From an uncultured Planctomycetota bacterium (lineage in GTDB: Bacteria > Planctomycetota > Planctomycetia > Gemmatales > Gemmataceae): DNA of 64,000 nucleotides. Location of the stretch: the NCBI GenBank assembly GCA_963849325.1, contig CAWKHF010000006.1:160001-224000 (forward strand). Direction: 5' to 3'. The notes beneath the pieces are model-generated. The model ran no database searches. It had not been told where the DNA came from and saw only the letters and a list, made by a program, of their open reading frames with translations. Below, in pieces: positions 19,820 to 29,046 of the stretch. The translations under genes were made by a program, and so were the position numbers. Within the stretch, counting starts at the first letter, position 1. Each line of letters begins with the position of its first letter.

Positions 19820-19849
19820 AAGTAGAAGAACGGTTGGCGGTTGGCGACC

Positions 19850-20413
19850 TCAGGGAGCGGAGTTGCCGGCTGTCAGTCGGCCCGCGCCCGCGGCATTGCT
19901 GTTGCGAGAGCTGTTGGCGGTATTGGCCGTGTTGTTCCGCCGATTGTTGGTGATATTGGCCACGTTGCCGCGGCGGGATTTGTTGGTGGTGTTGGCGGTG
20001 TTGGCGGTGTTGGCCGCATTGGCCGCGTTGCTGTGGTGGGAGTTGTTGATGGTGGTCACGACGCGCGTGTGAGAGCTGTTGGTGGTGGTCACGACGCGGG
20101 TGCGCGAGTTGTTGGCGACATTGCGGGTGTTATTCGAGGTATTGGCGACGTTGCTGTGTCGGGTGTTGTTGGCGACGTTGCTGGTGCGGGCGTTGTTCGA
20201 GGTGTTGGCCACGTTGCTGGTACGGGCGTTGTTCGAGGTGTTGGCGACGTTGCTGGTGCGGGCGTTGCTCGGGACGTTGGTCACGTTGACGTACACGGTT
20301 ACCGGGTAGGCGTTGGCATAGGGGACGCCGGGGCCGTTGCAGGCCCGGACCTGCGTGCCGACCACGGCCACGATCGCCAGACTCACCAGCAGAGACATCA
20401 GAAACTTACGCAT
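19850..20413 (-). CDS. Secreted Asn/Thr/Arg-rich low-complexity repeat protein
   Basis: GAGGAG RBS; signal peptide MRKFLMSLLVSLAIVAVVGTQVRA; 12-aa (36-nt) repeats NARTSNVANTSN. Confidence 0.75.
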   Translation of the reverse strand: MRKFLMSLLVSLAIVAVVGTQVRACNGPGVPYANAYPVTVYVNVTNVPSNARTSNVANTSNNARTSNVANTSNNARTSNVANNTRHSNVANTSNNTRNVANNSRTRVVTTTNSSHTRVVTTINNSHHSNAANAANTANTANTTNKSRRGNVANITNNRRNNTANTANSSRNSNAAGAGRLTAGNSAP

Positions 20414-20564
20414 GGGAGGCTCCTCGCCGCAGTGCGGCATCAGGGGTGAGAAGAAGGACTTTTCCGGCTGACCATCGTTTCATCGCGGCCAGCCTGCTCG
20501 ACAGATTCAACGCGATTTCGATCCGAAGCGGACAAAACGCCGCGATTTTTTTCGCCCCGGCGTC

Positions 20565-21135
20565 TCAGCGAACGTAGAGGGCGATGGGTACGCCGTACTC
20601 GGGTCCGGCGAGGGACTGCGGCGTCGCATGGCGGATCAGAGCCAGTCCGCCCAGCTTGCTCTGCCAGGTGCCGTCGGTCGCCTGGATGGCCGCGTGCGTC
20701 ACGCGGACGATCCGGCCGGATTCGTTGCGCAGGCCGTAGACGACGACTTTCTGCACTCCCGATTGCCGGCGGAAGTCCAGCACCGACATCCGCCGATAGC
20801 CGGCCGAGCGGTACAGCTGATCCATGAATGCCAGCGGCGCGTTGGCCGGCCCCGTTTGCGGGTCGATCCAGCGATTGTGGATGCCCAGGGAGTGGGAGAT
20901 ACAGTTGTAACGGTCGGTCGCGGGGGCCAGCACTTCAAACGCGGAGCCTAGACGCGGGAAGCTCCTCCGATTGCTGGTGTTCTGCAGGCGCTGCCGCTCG
21001 GTCGCCAGACGGGTCTGGTTCCGCGCGGCGGCCTGGGCCGGAGGAGTCAGGCTCGCCGCCGAGCTGGAATCCCGCCGTGACGACAAGTGCGGCTGTCAGG
21101 AAGAGGATGCGGAGGGAAAGGGTCGTGCTTCGCAT
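20565..21135 (-). CDS. Secreted putative papain-fold Cys-His protein (apparent frameshift near 21075)
   Basis: Signal peptide MRSTTLSLRILFLTAALVV, then YNCISHSLG, VTHAA and WQSKLG motifs. Confidence 0.65.
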
Positions 21136-21295
21136 GGGAGGCTCTTGAAAGGGCCGCCGGGTTGACTCGCGACTCATCCGATCCAACGCAACACGGGCGG
21201 GGAGCGGACAAATTCGGGAAAATACGGGGATCAAACGAGCGACCCCGAGGCGTCAAGACGCCTCGGGGTCGAGAGGAGGGGAATGCGGAATTTCG

Positions 21296-21345
21296 GAGCC
21301 TGAAGCGTAAGCGAAGGTTGCTCTTCGCTTACGCTTCAGGCTCGG
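21296..21345. repeat. REP-like palindrome (family A)
   Basis: gagcctgaagcgtaagcgaag...cttcgcttacgcttcaggctc; contains the stop codon of the cphA-like gene. Confidence 0.88.
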
Positions 21346-23253
21346 AGAGGACAATCAACGTCGGACGGCGGCGCGGCCGCGACAGCGCCAGCGCCTCGCG
21401 GAAATCGATCTGGCGGCAGGACACCCCCGACTCCAGATAGCGGCGCATCAGCGCCATGGTGTCATCGACCAGATCGACCTGGATCAGCAGCAGCTCGCCC
21501 GGCCGAGCGATGGCCAGGGCGTGCTCCAGCGCCGCGATGGCGCCTTGCACTTCCTCGACGTGCTTGACGCGGCGACGGCCGGACAGCCCCTGGCGGAAGA
21601 GGGCGTTGATGGCGCCGGGCGGCCGGCCGCGGATGCAGTTCTCCTCCTCGTAGAGGATAACGCGGTCGAAGGCGTCGCCCAGCAGTTCGCCCTGCCGAAC
21701 CAGGTCGAACGTCGCGGCGGTCGCCGGCGGCGGAGTACACCGCCGAGCGAAACTTGTGCGGCATCGGCTCGAACGTCTCGATCAACGAGGCCAGCGACGA
21801 CGTGTTGTGGCCATAGTCCATGACCACGGTGGCGCCGTTGAACTCGAAGAGGTTGAAGCGAGCCGGCGTGTGCTCGAAGTCGGCGACGAACGACTCCAGG
21901 CCGGCGAGGATGACCTCGCAGGGCACGCCCAGCACCCAGGCGGCGGCGGCGGCGGCCAGGGCGTTCTCGACCTGGAAACCGACGTGTCCGCCGTGCGTCA
22001 TCGGCACGTTCTCCAGGCTGACCAGCGGGATCTCCTGCGCTCCTTCGGCGAGAATGACGCGGCGATCGCGGACGAAGGCGGCCCGGCCGCCGCGGCCGCG
22101 GTGCTCGGCCAGGACCGGATGATGACCGTCGCGCGCGAAGAAGACGACGGCGCCGGGACAGTGCGGCGCCATCTCCGCCACCAGCGGATCGTCGGCCTTC
22201 AAAATGGCGTGGCCGTCCGCGGCGACGACATCGACGATGGTGCGTTTGACGCGGGCCAGCTGTTCGACGGTGTCGATGTCGGCGATGCCGAGGTGATCGC
22301 CCTCGGCGATGTTGGTGACAATGGCAACGTCGCAGCGCATCGAAACCCAGGCCGGCGCGGAGGATGCCGCCGCGGGCCGTCTCCAGCACCGCCGCCTCGA
22401 CGCGCGGATCGCCGAGGATGACGCGGGCGCTGAGTGGGCCGCTGCAATCGCCGGCCTCGATGCGTTGGCCGTCGATGTAGATGCCCTCGGTGCAGGTCAT
22501 GCCGACGCAGCGCTGCGTCCGCGCCAGGATGTGCGCCAGCAAGCGCGTCGTCGTCGTCTTGCCGTTGACGCCGGTGATGGCGGCGATGGGGATGCGTCCG
22601 CTCTGTCCGCCGGGAAAGAGCTGATGGAGAAGATGGTCGGCGGGAGGCAGGTTGTCCGCCAGCGAGACGCGCTGCTGGCGGATGCCGTGGCCCAGGAGGA
22701 ACACGCCCGGCTCGTCGAGGCGGCACAGCGCAATGCGCCGCTGCCGCGCCGCTTGCACCAGGGCCGACTCGGCGGGGTGCGGCCGCAGACACTGGGCCAG
22801 CTCGCGCAGCCGGGACAGTGCGTTCGCCACGTCGAAAGGCCGATCGTACACGGCGGCCAGGCACAGGTCGCGGCCGGTCTCCAGGGCGGCGCGGCCGAGA
22901 TCCTCGTACTCGAATTCGAGGGCCACCTTGTAAACGCCGTCCTCGGACGTCTCGCGGGTGCGGCCAAAGCCGACCTCGGTGCCGGCCAGCGATTGCAATT
23001 CGAGGGCGACGTGTTCGAGGATGTGCGCCTGCCAGGTGCCGCGTCGCAGCCGCGCGAAGAAGCCGCCGCGCGTGCCAACGCTGCAGCGGTGCTCGATCAG
23101 GGACGGAAGCCAGCTTTGCAGCCGTTCGTTGAAGCCGGGTAGCTCGTCGGAAGGGGAGTCCTTGAGAGGCCCCAGATCGACCCACGCCTCCAGGACGGGA
23201 AAATTCGCCCAGATGTTGGGGCCATTTAATACCCGGACTCTCCGAAATTCCAT
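21329..23253 (-). CDS. Cyanophycin synthetase-like protein with N domain and Mur-ligase domain but no ATP-grasp domain (apparent frameshifts near 22335 and 21705)
   Basis: GPNIW, EHRCS...HILEHVALELQ, then directly GRIPIAAITGVNGKTTTTRL, LETARGGILRAGLGFD, DHLG, DYGHN, GDRRD. Confidence 0.85.
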
Positions 23254-23645
23254 GGGTGGTCCTCTATTACGAGAATAGCCCGCAGCGCAAGCGACGGATT
23301 TCTGGACCCGTCGCTGATGCTCCGGGCTGGTGGGACAATCGACTCGGAAATCCATTTCTCTGGCGCGTGATGGAGATGGCAGCAAACGGCATTCCTCTGA
23401 GGACGTACTCGACCTCAGCCGTAAGCCAGCCGTGGCCGTAACGAGGAGGCAGCCGGCGGAGGACGCTCCGCGGCGGCTGACTTTGCACGGCCAGCACCTA
23501 GTATAGAAAGAAGAGGCGTCCGCGGTCAGGGGGGCGTCTGCATTTGTCCGGCGGCGCCGCCACGCCGAACCCGCAAACCCCGAACGCGGCGCCGACTTTC
23601 GGCAAAGTACCCCGTCCGTCGTTAAAATAGGAGAAATGGGCAAAC

Positions 23646-25901
23646 TTGAACGAATCGAACGAAGTGTGGGAGGGGCTGCCGGCTGATCGCCGCAACGAGG
23701 TCTCCCGCCAGCTCGAAGCCGGCGAGACGCTGCTGGCGTGGTTCGAGCCGGACCTGGATCGACGACTGCGCTACGTCCGGGGACTGGTCGTGCTGACCGA
23801 TCGCCGCGTCCTGTCGCGTGAGGCGGGCCAATCTGATACGGACGTACACTGGCAGTCCTGGCCCCTGGCTTCGGGCGTCGCCCTGCGCACGACGGAGCAC
23901 GGCGGCTCGGGCATTCTGGAGTTGATCGACGCCACGGGCCGGTTGGCGCACTGGCGCTTCACGGCGGGGCGCGGCACGGCCGCGCAGCGACTGGCGCAAA
24001 AACGGGCCGCCTGGCGTCTCCGTCTGGAGGGCGGCGACGGGGCGGCGGTGACAGCCGTGTGTCCCAGCTGCGGGGCGGCCATCCGCTCGGAGGATGGCCG
24101 TTGCGAAGCGTGCGCGGCCGGGCCGACGAAAGCCTCGGTGTCCTCTCTGTTTCGCCTGATCGCCTTTGGACGGCCGCGCGTCGGCCTGGCCGTGCTCGGC
24201 TTCCTGCTCACCCTGGCCGGCACCGCCGCCAGCCTGGTGCCTCCCTACCTGACCAAGCCGCTGATGGACAATGTGCTCGTCCCGCATCAGGAGGGACGCG
24301 GAGGCGACTTCGGCCTGGTCAAGTGGTATCTGGCCGGACTGGTGGGCGCGGCGCTGTTGCATTGGCTGCTCGACTGGGCCAAGCTGTACGTGTTGGCCTG
24401 GGTCAGCGAACGCATCAGCGCCGATCTGCGCTCGCGGACGTATGCCCACTTGCAGCGTCTATCGGTGGAGTTCTTCGGCGGCAAGCGCACCGGCGACCTG
24501 ATCTCGCGCATCAGCAACGACACCGAACGCCTGTGCAACTTCCTCTCGATCAACCTGATCGACTTCGGCACCGATATTTTGATGATCGTCATGACGTCGG
24601 CGATCCTGCTCTCGCTCGATCCGCTGCTGACGTTGGCGGCGCTGTGTCCGTTTCCGCTGATCGTGTGGATGGTGGCGCGGGTGCGGGGCCGACTGCTGCG
24701 CGGCTATCGGCAGGCGGGGGCGGCGTGGGGTTCGATGACCAGCGTGCTGGCCGACACCATCCCCGGTATCCGCGTCGTCAAGGCGTTCGCCCAGGAAGGC
24801 CGAGAGATTGAGCGCTTCGACGCCAGCAACGAGCGCGTTTTTCACTCCGCCAATCGTCTGAACAAGGTCTGGTCGCTATTCGGACCAACCGTGTCACTGG
24901 CGACGACGAGCGGCCTGCTGATCCTGTGGGGCTTCGGCATCTGGCGCGTTTACCACGGCCCCGTCACGGTCGGCGTCTTGACGGCGTTCCTGGCCTACAT
25001 CGTGCTGTTCTACGCCCGCATCGAGTCGATGATCCGCATGGCCTCGGCGGTGCAGCGCGCGTCAGCCAGTGCTCAACGGATATTCGAGATCCTCGATAAA
25101 TACAGTAACGTGCCCGAGCCGGTACGGCCGGTCCATCCCGGACGCCTGGCCGGCCGCGTCGAGCTGCGCGGCGTGCGTTTCAAGTACGGCGCACGCGAGG
25201 TGCTGCACGGCCTGGACCTGACGGTCGAACCGGGCGAGATGATTGGCCTGGTCGGTCCCAGCGGCGCCGGCAAAAGCACGCTCATCAATCTCATCTGCCG
25301 ATTCTACGACGTCAGCGCCGGCGCCATCCTCGTGGACGGCACCGACGTGCGCTCGTTCCCGATCGAGGAGTATCGCCGCAACATCGGCATCGTGCTGCAA
25401 GAGCCGTTCTTGTTCTACGGCACCATCGCCGAGAACATCGCTTATGGCCGGCCGGACGCCACGCGCGAGGAAATCGTCGCGGCGGCGCGAGCGGCCCGCG
25501 CTCACGAGTTCATCCTGAAGCTGCCGTGTGGATATGACTCCCTGGTGGGCGAACGCGGACAGTCGCTCTCCGGCGGCGAGCGCCAGCGCATCTCCATCGC
25601 CCGGGCGCTCTTGATCAACCCGCGTCTGCTCATCCTCGACGAGGCAACCTCGTCGGTGGACACCGAGACGGAGCGCGAGATTCAGGCGGCGCTGGAGAAC
25701 CTGATCCGCGGCCGAACGACCATCGCCATCGCTCATCGGCTGAGCACGCTGCGCCGCGCCAACCGTCTCGTCGTCGTCGAGAACGGCCGCATCGCCGAGA
25801 TTGGCCGCCACGATGAGCTGCTCGGCGCGCGCGGCAGTTATGCCCGTCTGCACGAGGCGCAAATGGAACTGGTTCACGGGAGAGGCGCGAATGGAACATA
25901 A
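23646..25901 (+). CDS. Cyanophycin-associated ABC transporter (permease plus ATPase, with N-terminal extension)
   Basis: GPSGAGKST, LSGGERQR, ILDEATS; TM domain; CPSC..CEAC motif; adjacent to the cphA-like gene and DUF1854. Confidence 0.9.
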   Translation: MNESNEVWEGLPADRRNEVSRQLEAGETLLAWFEPDLDRRLRYVRGLVVLTDRRVLSREAGQSDTDVHWQSWPLASGVALRTTEHGGSGILELIDATGRLAHWRFTAGRGTAAQRLAQKRAAWRLRLEGGDGAAVTAVCPSCGAAIRSEDGRCEACAAGPTKASVSSLFRLIAFGRPRVGLAVLGFLLTLAGTAASLVPPYLTKPLMDNVLVPHQEGRGGDFGLVKWYLAGLVGAALLHWLLDWAKLYVLAWVSERISADLRSRTYAHLQRLSVEFFGGKRTGDLISRISNDTERLCNFLSINLIDFGTDILMIVMTSAILLSLDPLLTLAALCPFPLIVWMVARVRGRLLRGYRQAGAAWGSMTSVLADTIPGIRVVKAFAQEGREIERFDASNERVFHSANRLNKVWSLFGPTVSLATTSGLLILWGFGIWRVYHGPVTVGVLTAFLAYIVLFYARIESMIRMASAVQRASASAQRIFEILDKYSNVPEPVRPVHPGRLAGRVELRGVRFKYGAREVLHGLDLTVEPGEMIGLVGPSGAGKSTLINLICRFYDVSAGAILVDGTDVRSFPIEEYRRNIGIVLQEPFLFYGTIAENIAYGRPDATREEIVAAARAARAHEFILKLPCGYDSLVGERGQSLSGGERQRISIARALLINPRLLILDEATSSVDTETEREIQAALENLIRGRTTIAIAHRLSTLRRANRLVVVENGRIAEIGRHDELLGARGSYARLHEAQMELVHGRGANGT

Positions 25902-26391
25902 CGGATCGGTAAATGGTCAATCGGAAGCGCAGCCCTTCGGCCTGAGTCACGACGCCTGGGGTCGGCTCGTCTTGACCGACGCCGACGGCCAGCGGCATAG
26001 CGGCGTCGAGCCGGTTCGCGCCTTTCCGCTGTCGGACCCTCGGCACGGCGTCGCCCTGTGCGACGCCCACGGCCGCGAACTGCTGTGGATCGACGACCTG
26101 GACGCGCTGCCGCCGCCCTTGGCGCGGCGGATCGAGGACGAATTCGCGCAGCGCGAGTTCGTGCCGGTCATCCACCGCATTCGGCACGTGTCGTCGCCGA
26201 TGGAGCCATCCGAGTGGGACGTCGAGACCGACCGCGGCCGTACGCGCTTCGTGCTCAACGATGAGGAGGACGTGCATCCGCTCAACGAGTACCGGGCGCT
26301 GCTCACCGACGCGCACGGCATTCGCTACCTCATCCCCGATACGCGGCAGTTCGATGCCCATAGTCGGCGTTTGCTGGAGCGCTATCTGTAA
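25891..26391 (+). CDS. DUF1854 domain protein
   Basis: VEPVRAFPLSDP, REFVPVI, WDVETDRG and DAHGIRYLI motifs. Confidence 0.88.
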   Translation: MEHNGSVNGQSEAQPFGLSHDAWGRLVLTDADGQRHSGVEPVRAFPLSDPRHGVALCDAHGRELLWIDDLDALPPPLARRIEDEFAQREFVPVIHRIRHVSSPMEPSEWDVETDRGRTRFVLNDEEDVHPLNEYRALLTDAHGIRYLIPDTRQFDAHSRRLLERYL

Positions 26392-26568
26392 GAGAGCGTC
26401 AAGTCGTCTTTCGGAGCCGCAAGCGTAAGCTTCCGACTCGGAAAATGCCTTGGCCTTTTCTTGAAAGGTCGGCGGCCATCCGCTAGAATCATGTGATTTC
26501 CGAGATGTCCGGTTTGCTTCGCCATCGCCCGGCGGCCGGCTGCCGCCGTCGCAGCCCGGAGGAGATTC

Positions 26569-28227
26569 ATGGCCGCACTGCACGTCCTCAAAGGCCCCAA
26601 CGAGGGGACGATCATCCCCCTGGATGGAGACAAATTCATCCTCGGCCGCAATCCCGACTGCGGCATTGTCATCCCGGCGACGTCCGTCAGCCGCGAGCAC
26701 GCCCAAATCCTCCGCCTCCAGGGCCGCTACTACGTCGAGGACAAGCAGAGCCGCAACGGCACCTACGTCAACAACCAGGCCATCGCGGCCCGCACGCCGC
26801 TCAAACACAACGACCGCATCCGCATTTGCGACTTCCTGGCCGCCTTCGTGGACCAGGACAAATTCACGCCGCAGGAAATCGAAGCGGCCGGCGATTCCGA
26901 CGAACACGACGGCTCCTCCACCGTCGAGGCCATGCTCAGCCAGAGCAGCCATCTGCTGCTGGAGCAGCAGCCGGCCGAGAAGCTCCGCCATCTACTGGAG
27001 ATCAGCGGCAACCTCAGCAAGACGCTCGACCTCGACGCCCTGATGCCCAAGATCGTCGAGAGCCTGTTCCAGCTATTCCGCCAGGCCGACCGTTGCTTCG
27101 TCATCCAGGCCGAGGAGGGCAGCAATCGCCTGCTGCCGCGCGTGGTCAAGACTCGGCGGCCGCACGAGGAGACCAACGCTCGGCCCAGCCGCACCATCGT
27201 CCGCCGTTGCCTGGAGACGGCCCAGGCTTTCCTCAGCGACGACGCCAGCCGCGACGATCGCGTTCAGCTCAGCCAGAGCGTCGTCGATTTCCGCATCCGC
27301 TCGGTCATGTGCGTGCCGTTGTGTACGCCGGAGGGCAAGGCGTTCGGCGTCATTCAGCTGGACACGCAGGACCGCAGCAAGAAGTTCACGCAGGAGGACC
27401 TGAAGCTGTTGTGGGGCGTGGCCAACCAGGCGGCCATCGCCATGGAGAACGCTCGGCTGCACGAGGAAGCGGTGGCCCGCGAGCGCTTCAAGCGCGATCT
27501 GGAGTTGGCCACGCGCGTGCAGCACAGCTTCTTGCCCAGCAGTCTGCCCAAGGTGGCCGGCTACGAGTTCTTCGCCCACTATCAACCGGCCCAGGCGGTG
27601 GGCGGCGATTATTACGGTTTCATCCCGCTGCCGCAGGGACGGTTGGCGGTCGCCATCGGCGACGTGGCCGGCAAGGGCATCTCGGCCGCTCTGCTGATGG
27701 CCAAGCTGTCCTCCGACGCTCGCTTCTGCTTCCTGGCGGAGTCCAATCCCGGCCAGGCTGTCAGCAAGCTCAACGACCTGCTCTATCCATTCACCAGCCC
27801 GATGGACCGCTTCGTCACGCTGACCATCGCCGTGCTCGATCCGGCCCGCCACCTCGCCACGCTGGTCAGCGCCGGCCATCCGTCGCCGCTGCTCATCCGC
27901 AAGGGCAATCCCGCCTTGAACGATGCCGTGCCCAAGGCCACGGCCGGGCTGCCCCTGGGCATGATCGAAGGCTGTGCCTACGACTCGTGCCAGGTGGTCC
28001 TGCAGCCGGGCGACAACCTGATCCTGTTCAGCGACGGCGTGCCCGACGCCCTGGACGTGCGCAACAACCCCTTCTCCATGAAGGGCGTGCAGCGCGTCGT
28101 CCAGGAAGCCGGCGCCATCGCCGCCGACGTGCTCGGCGAACGCTTGGCCAAGGCCGTCCGCCAGCACGCCACCAACCGAGACCCCCACGACGACGTCACC
28201 CTCGTTTGCCTGGGACGAACCAACTGA
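26569..28227 (+). CDS. FHA-GAF-SpoIIE (PP2C) protein phosphatase
   Basis: ILGR..SREHA..SRNGT (FHA), RSVMCVPL (GAF), VGGDYY, DVAGKG, SDG and DDVT motifs. Confidence 0.93.
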   Translation: MAALHVLKGPNEGTIIPLDGDKFILGRNPDCGIVIPATSVSREHAQILRLQGRYYVEDKQSRNGTYVNNQAIAARTPLKHNDRIRICDFLAAFVDQDKFTPQEIEAAGDSDEHDGSSTVEAMLSQSSHLLLEQQPAEKLRHLLEISGNLSKTLDLDALMPKIVESLFQLFRQADRCFVIQAEEGSNRLLPRVVKTRRPHEETNARPSRTIVRRCLETAQAFLSDDASRDDRVQLSQSVVDFRIRSVMCVPLCTPEGKAFGVIQLDTQDRSKKFTQEDLKLLWGVANQAAIAMENARLHEEAVARERFKRDLELATRVQHSFLPSSLPKVAGYEFFAHYQPAQAVGGDYYGFIPLPQGRLAVAIGDVAGKGISAALLMAKLSSDARFCFLAESNPGQAVSKLNDLLYPFTSPMDRFVTLTIAVLDPARHLATLVSAGHPSPLLIRKGNPALNDAVPKATAGLPLGMIEGCAYDSCQVVLQPGDNLILFSDGVPDALDVRNNPFSMKGVQRVVQEAGAIAADVLGERLAKAVRQHATNRDPHDDVTLVCLGRTN

Positions 28228-28247
28228 TCGGCCGGAGAGATTGCGCC

Positions 28248-28571
28248 ATGACGGAACCCATCACGGCCCCCAAACCGCGCACGGTCCAGCGGACGAAACG
28301 GCAGCCGCCCTATCACGTCATCCTGCTCGACGACGACGACCACACCTACGAGTACGTCATCCGCATGTTGCAAGAGTTGTTCGCCCACTCCTACGAGACC
28401 GCCTATCTGATGGCGGTGGAAGTGGACACGACCGGACGAGTGATCGTGCTGACCACGACCAAGGAACACGCCGAGTTCAAGTGCGACCAGATCCACGCTT
28501 TCGGGCCGGACCCGCTCAGCTCGCGCGGCTGCGCCGGCTCCATGTCGGCGGTCATCGAACCCGCAGAGTAA
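28248..28571 (+). CDS. clpS: ATP-dependent Clp protease adaptor ClpS
   Basis: PPYHVILLDDDDHTYEYVIRML...EVDTTGR. Confidence 0.9.
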   Translation: MTEPITAPKPRTVQRTKRQPPYHVILLDDDDHTYEYVIRMLQELFAHSYETAYLMAVEVDTTGRVIVLTTTKEHAEFKCDQIHAFGPDPLSSRGCAGSMSAVIEPAE

Positions 28572-28578
28572 TGTAAAA

Positions 28579-28634
28579 GGGAATAGGGAATAGGGAATAG
28601 GGAATAGGGAAGAGGGAAGAGGGAAGAGGGAAGA
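28579..28634 (+). repeat. Heptamer tandem array (GGGAATA)4(GGGAAGA)4
   Basis: Directly visible; an inverted counterpart lies at 29019-29046. Confidence 0.95.
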
Positions 28635-28649
28635 AGGCGAGGGGCGACC

Positions 28650-29015
28650 GTGAGCGTGCAGTGTTATCGAGAATTGATCGTTTGGCAGAAAGCGCTAAAC
28701 CTGGCGAAGCTCTGCTATCAGGTGACAAAGAAGTTTCCGAAAGACGAACTTTTCGGAATAACCAGTCAAATCCGCCGTGCGGCCGCATCGATACCGGCGA
28801 ACATTGCCGAAGGCAACGGTCGGATGCACATCAAGGAATACCTGAATCACCTGAGCATCGCCAATGGTTCTCTGGCGGAGGTGGAAACACACTTGCTTCT
28901 CAGCCGAGAAGTCGAACTATTGTCCGAATCCGACCTTCAAGAATGTCTGGCATTGGCCAATGAAATCGGTCGGATGTTGACGGCACTGCGAACAGCGCTG
29001 GAGCGCCGCCTCTGA
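28650..29015 (+). CDS. Four helix bundle protein (23S rRNA IVP / bAvd-like family)
   Basis: YRELIVWQKA...FPKDELFGITSQIRRAAASIPANIAEG...ANGSLAEVETHL; lower GC than neighbours. Confidence 0.93.
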   Translation: MSVQCYRELIVWQKALNLAKLCYQVTKKFPKDELFGITSQIRRAAASIPANIAEGNGRMHIKEYLNHLSIANGSLAEVETHLLLSREVELLSESDLQECLALANEIGRMLTALRTALERRL

Positions 29016-29018
29016 ACC

Positions 29019-29046
29019 TATTCCCTATTCCCTATTCCCTATTCCC
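29019..29046 (-). repeat. Heptamer array (TATTCCC)4, inverted relative to 28579
   Basis: Directly visible; followed by T6. Confidence 0.95.

Noticed and set aside
19841-20449. Plus-strand Gly/Val-rich and Leu-rich ORFs
   Set aside because: Antisense shadows of the Asn-rich gene, which has the RBS and signal peptide.
28579-28634. Heptamer arrays, 9-nt arrays and REP palindromes as CRISPR arrays
   Set aside because: No unique spacers between repeats and no cas genes in the window.
28650-29015. Four-helix-bundle gene as the Avd of a diversity-generating retroelement
   Set aside because: No reverse transcriptase and no TR/VR pair with adenine-specific mismatches was seen in the window.
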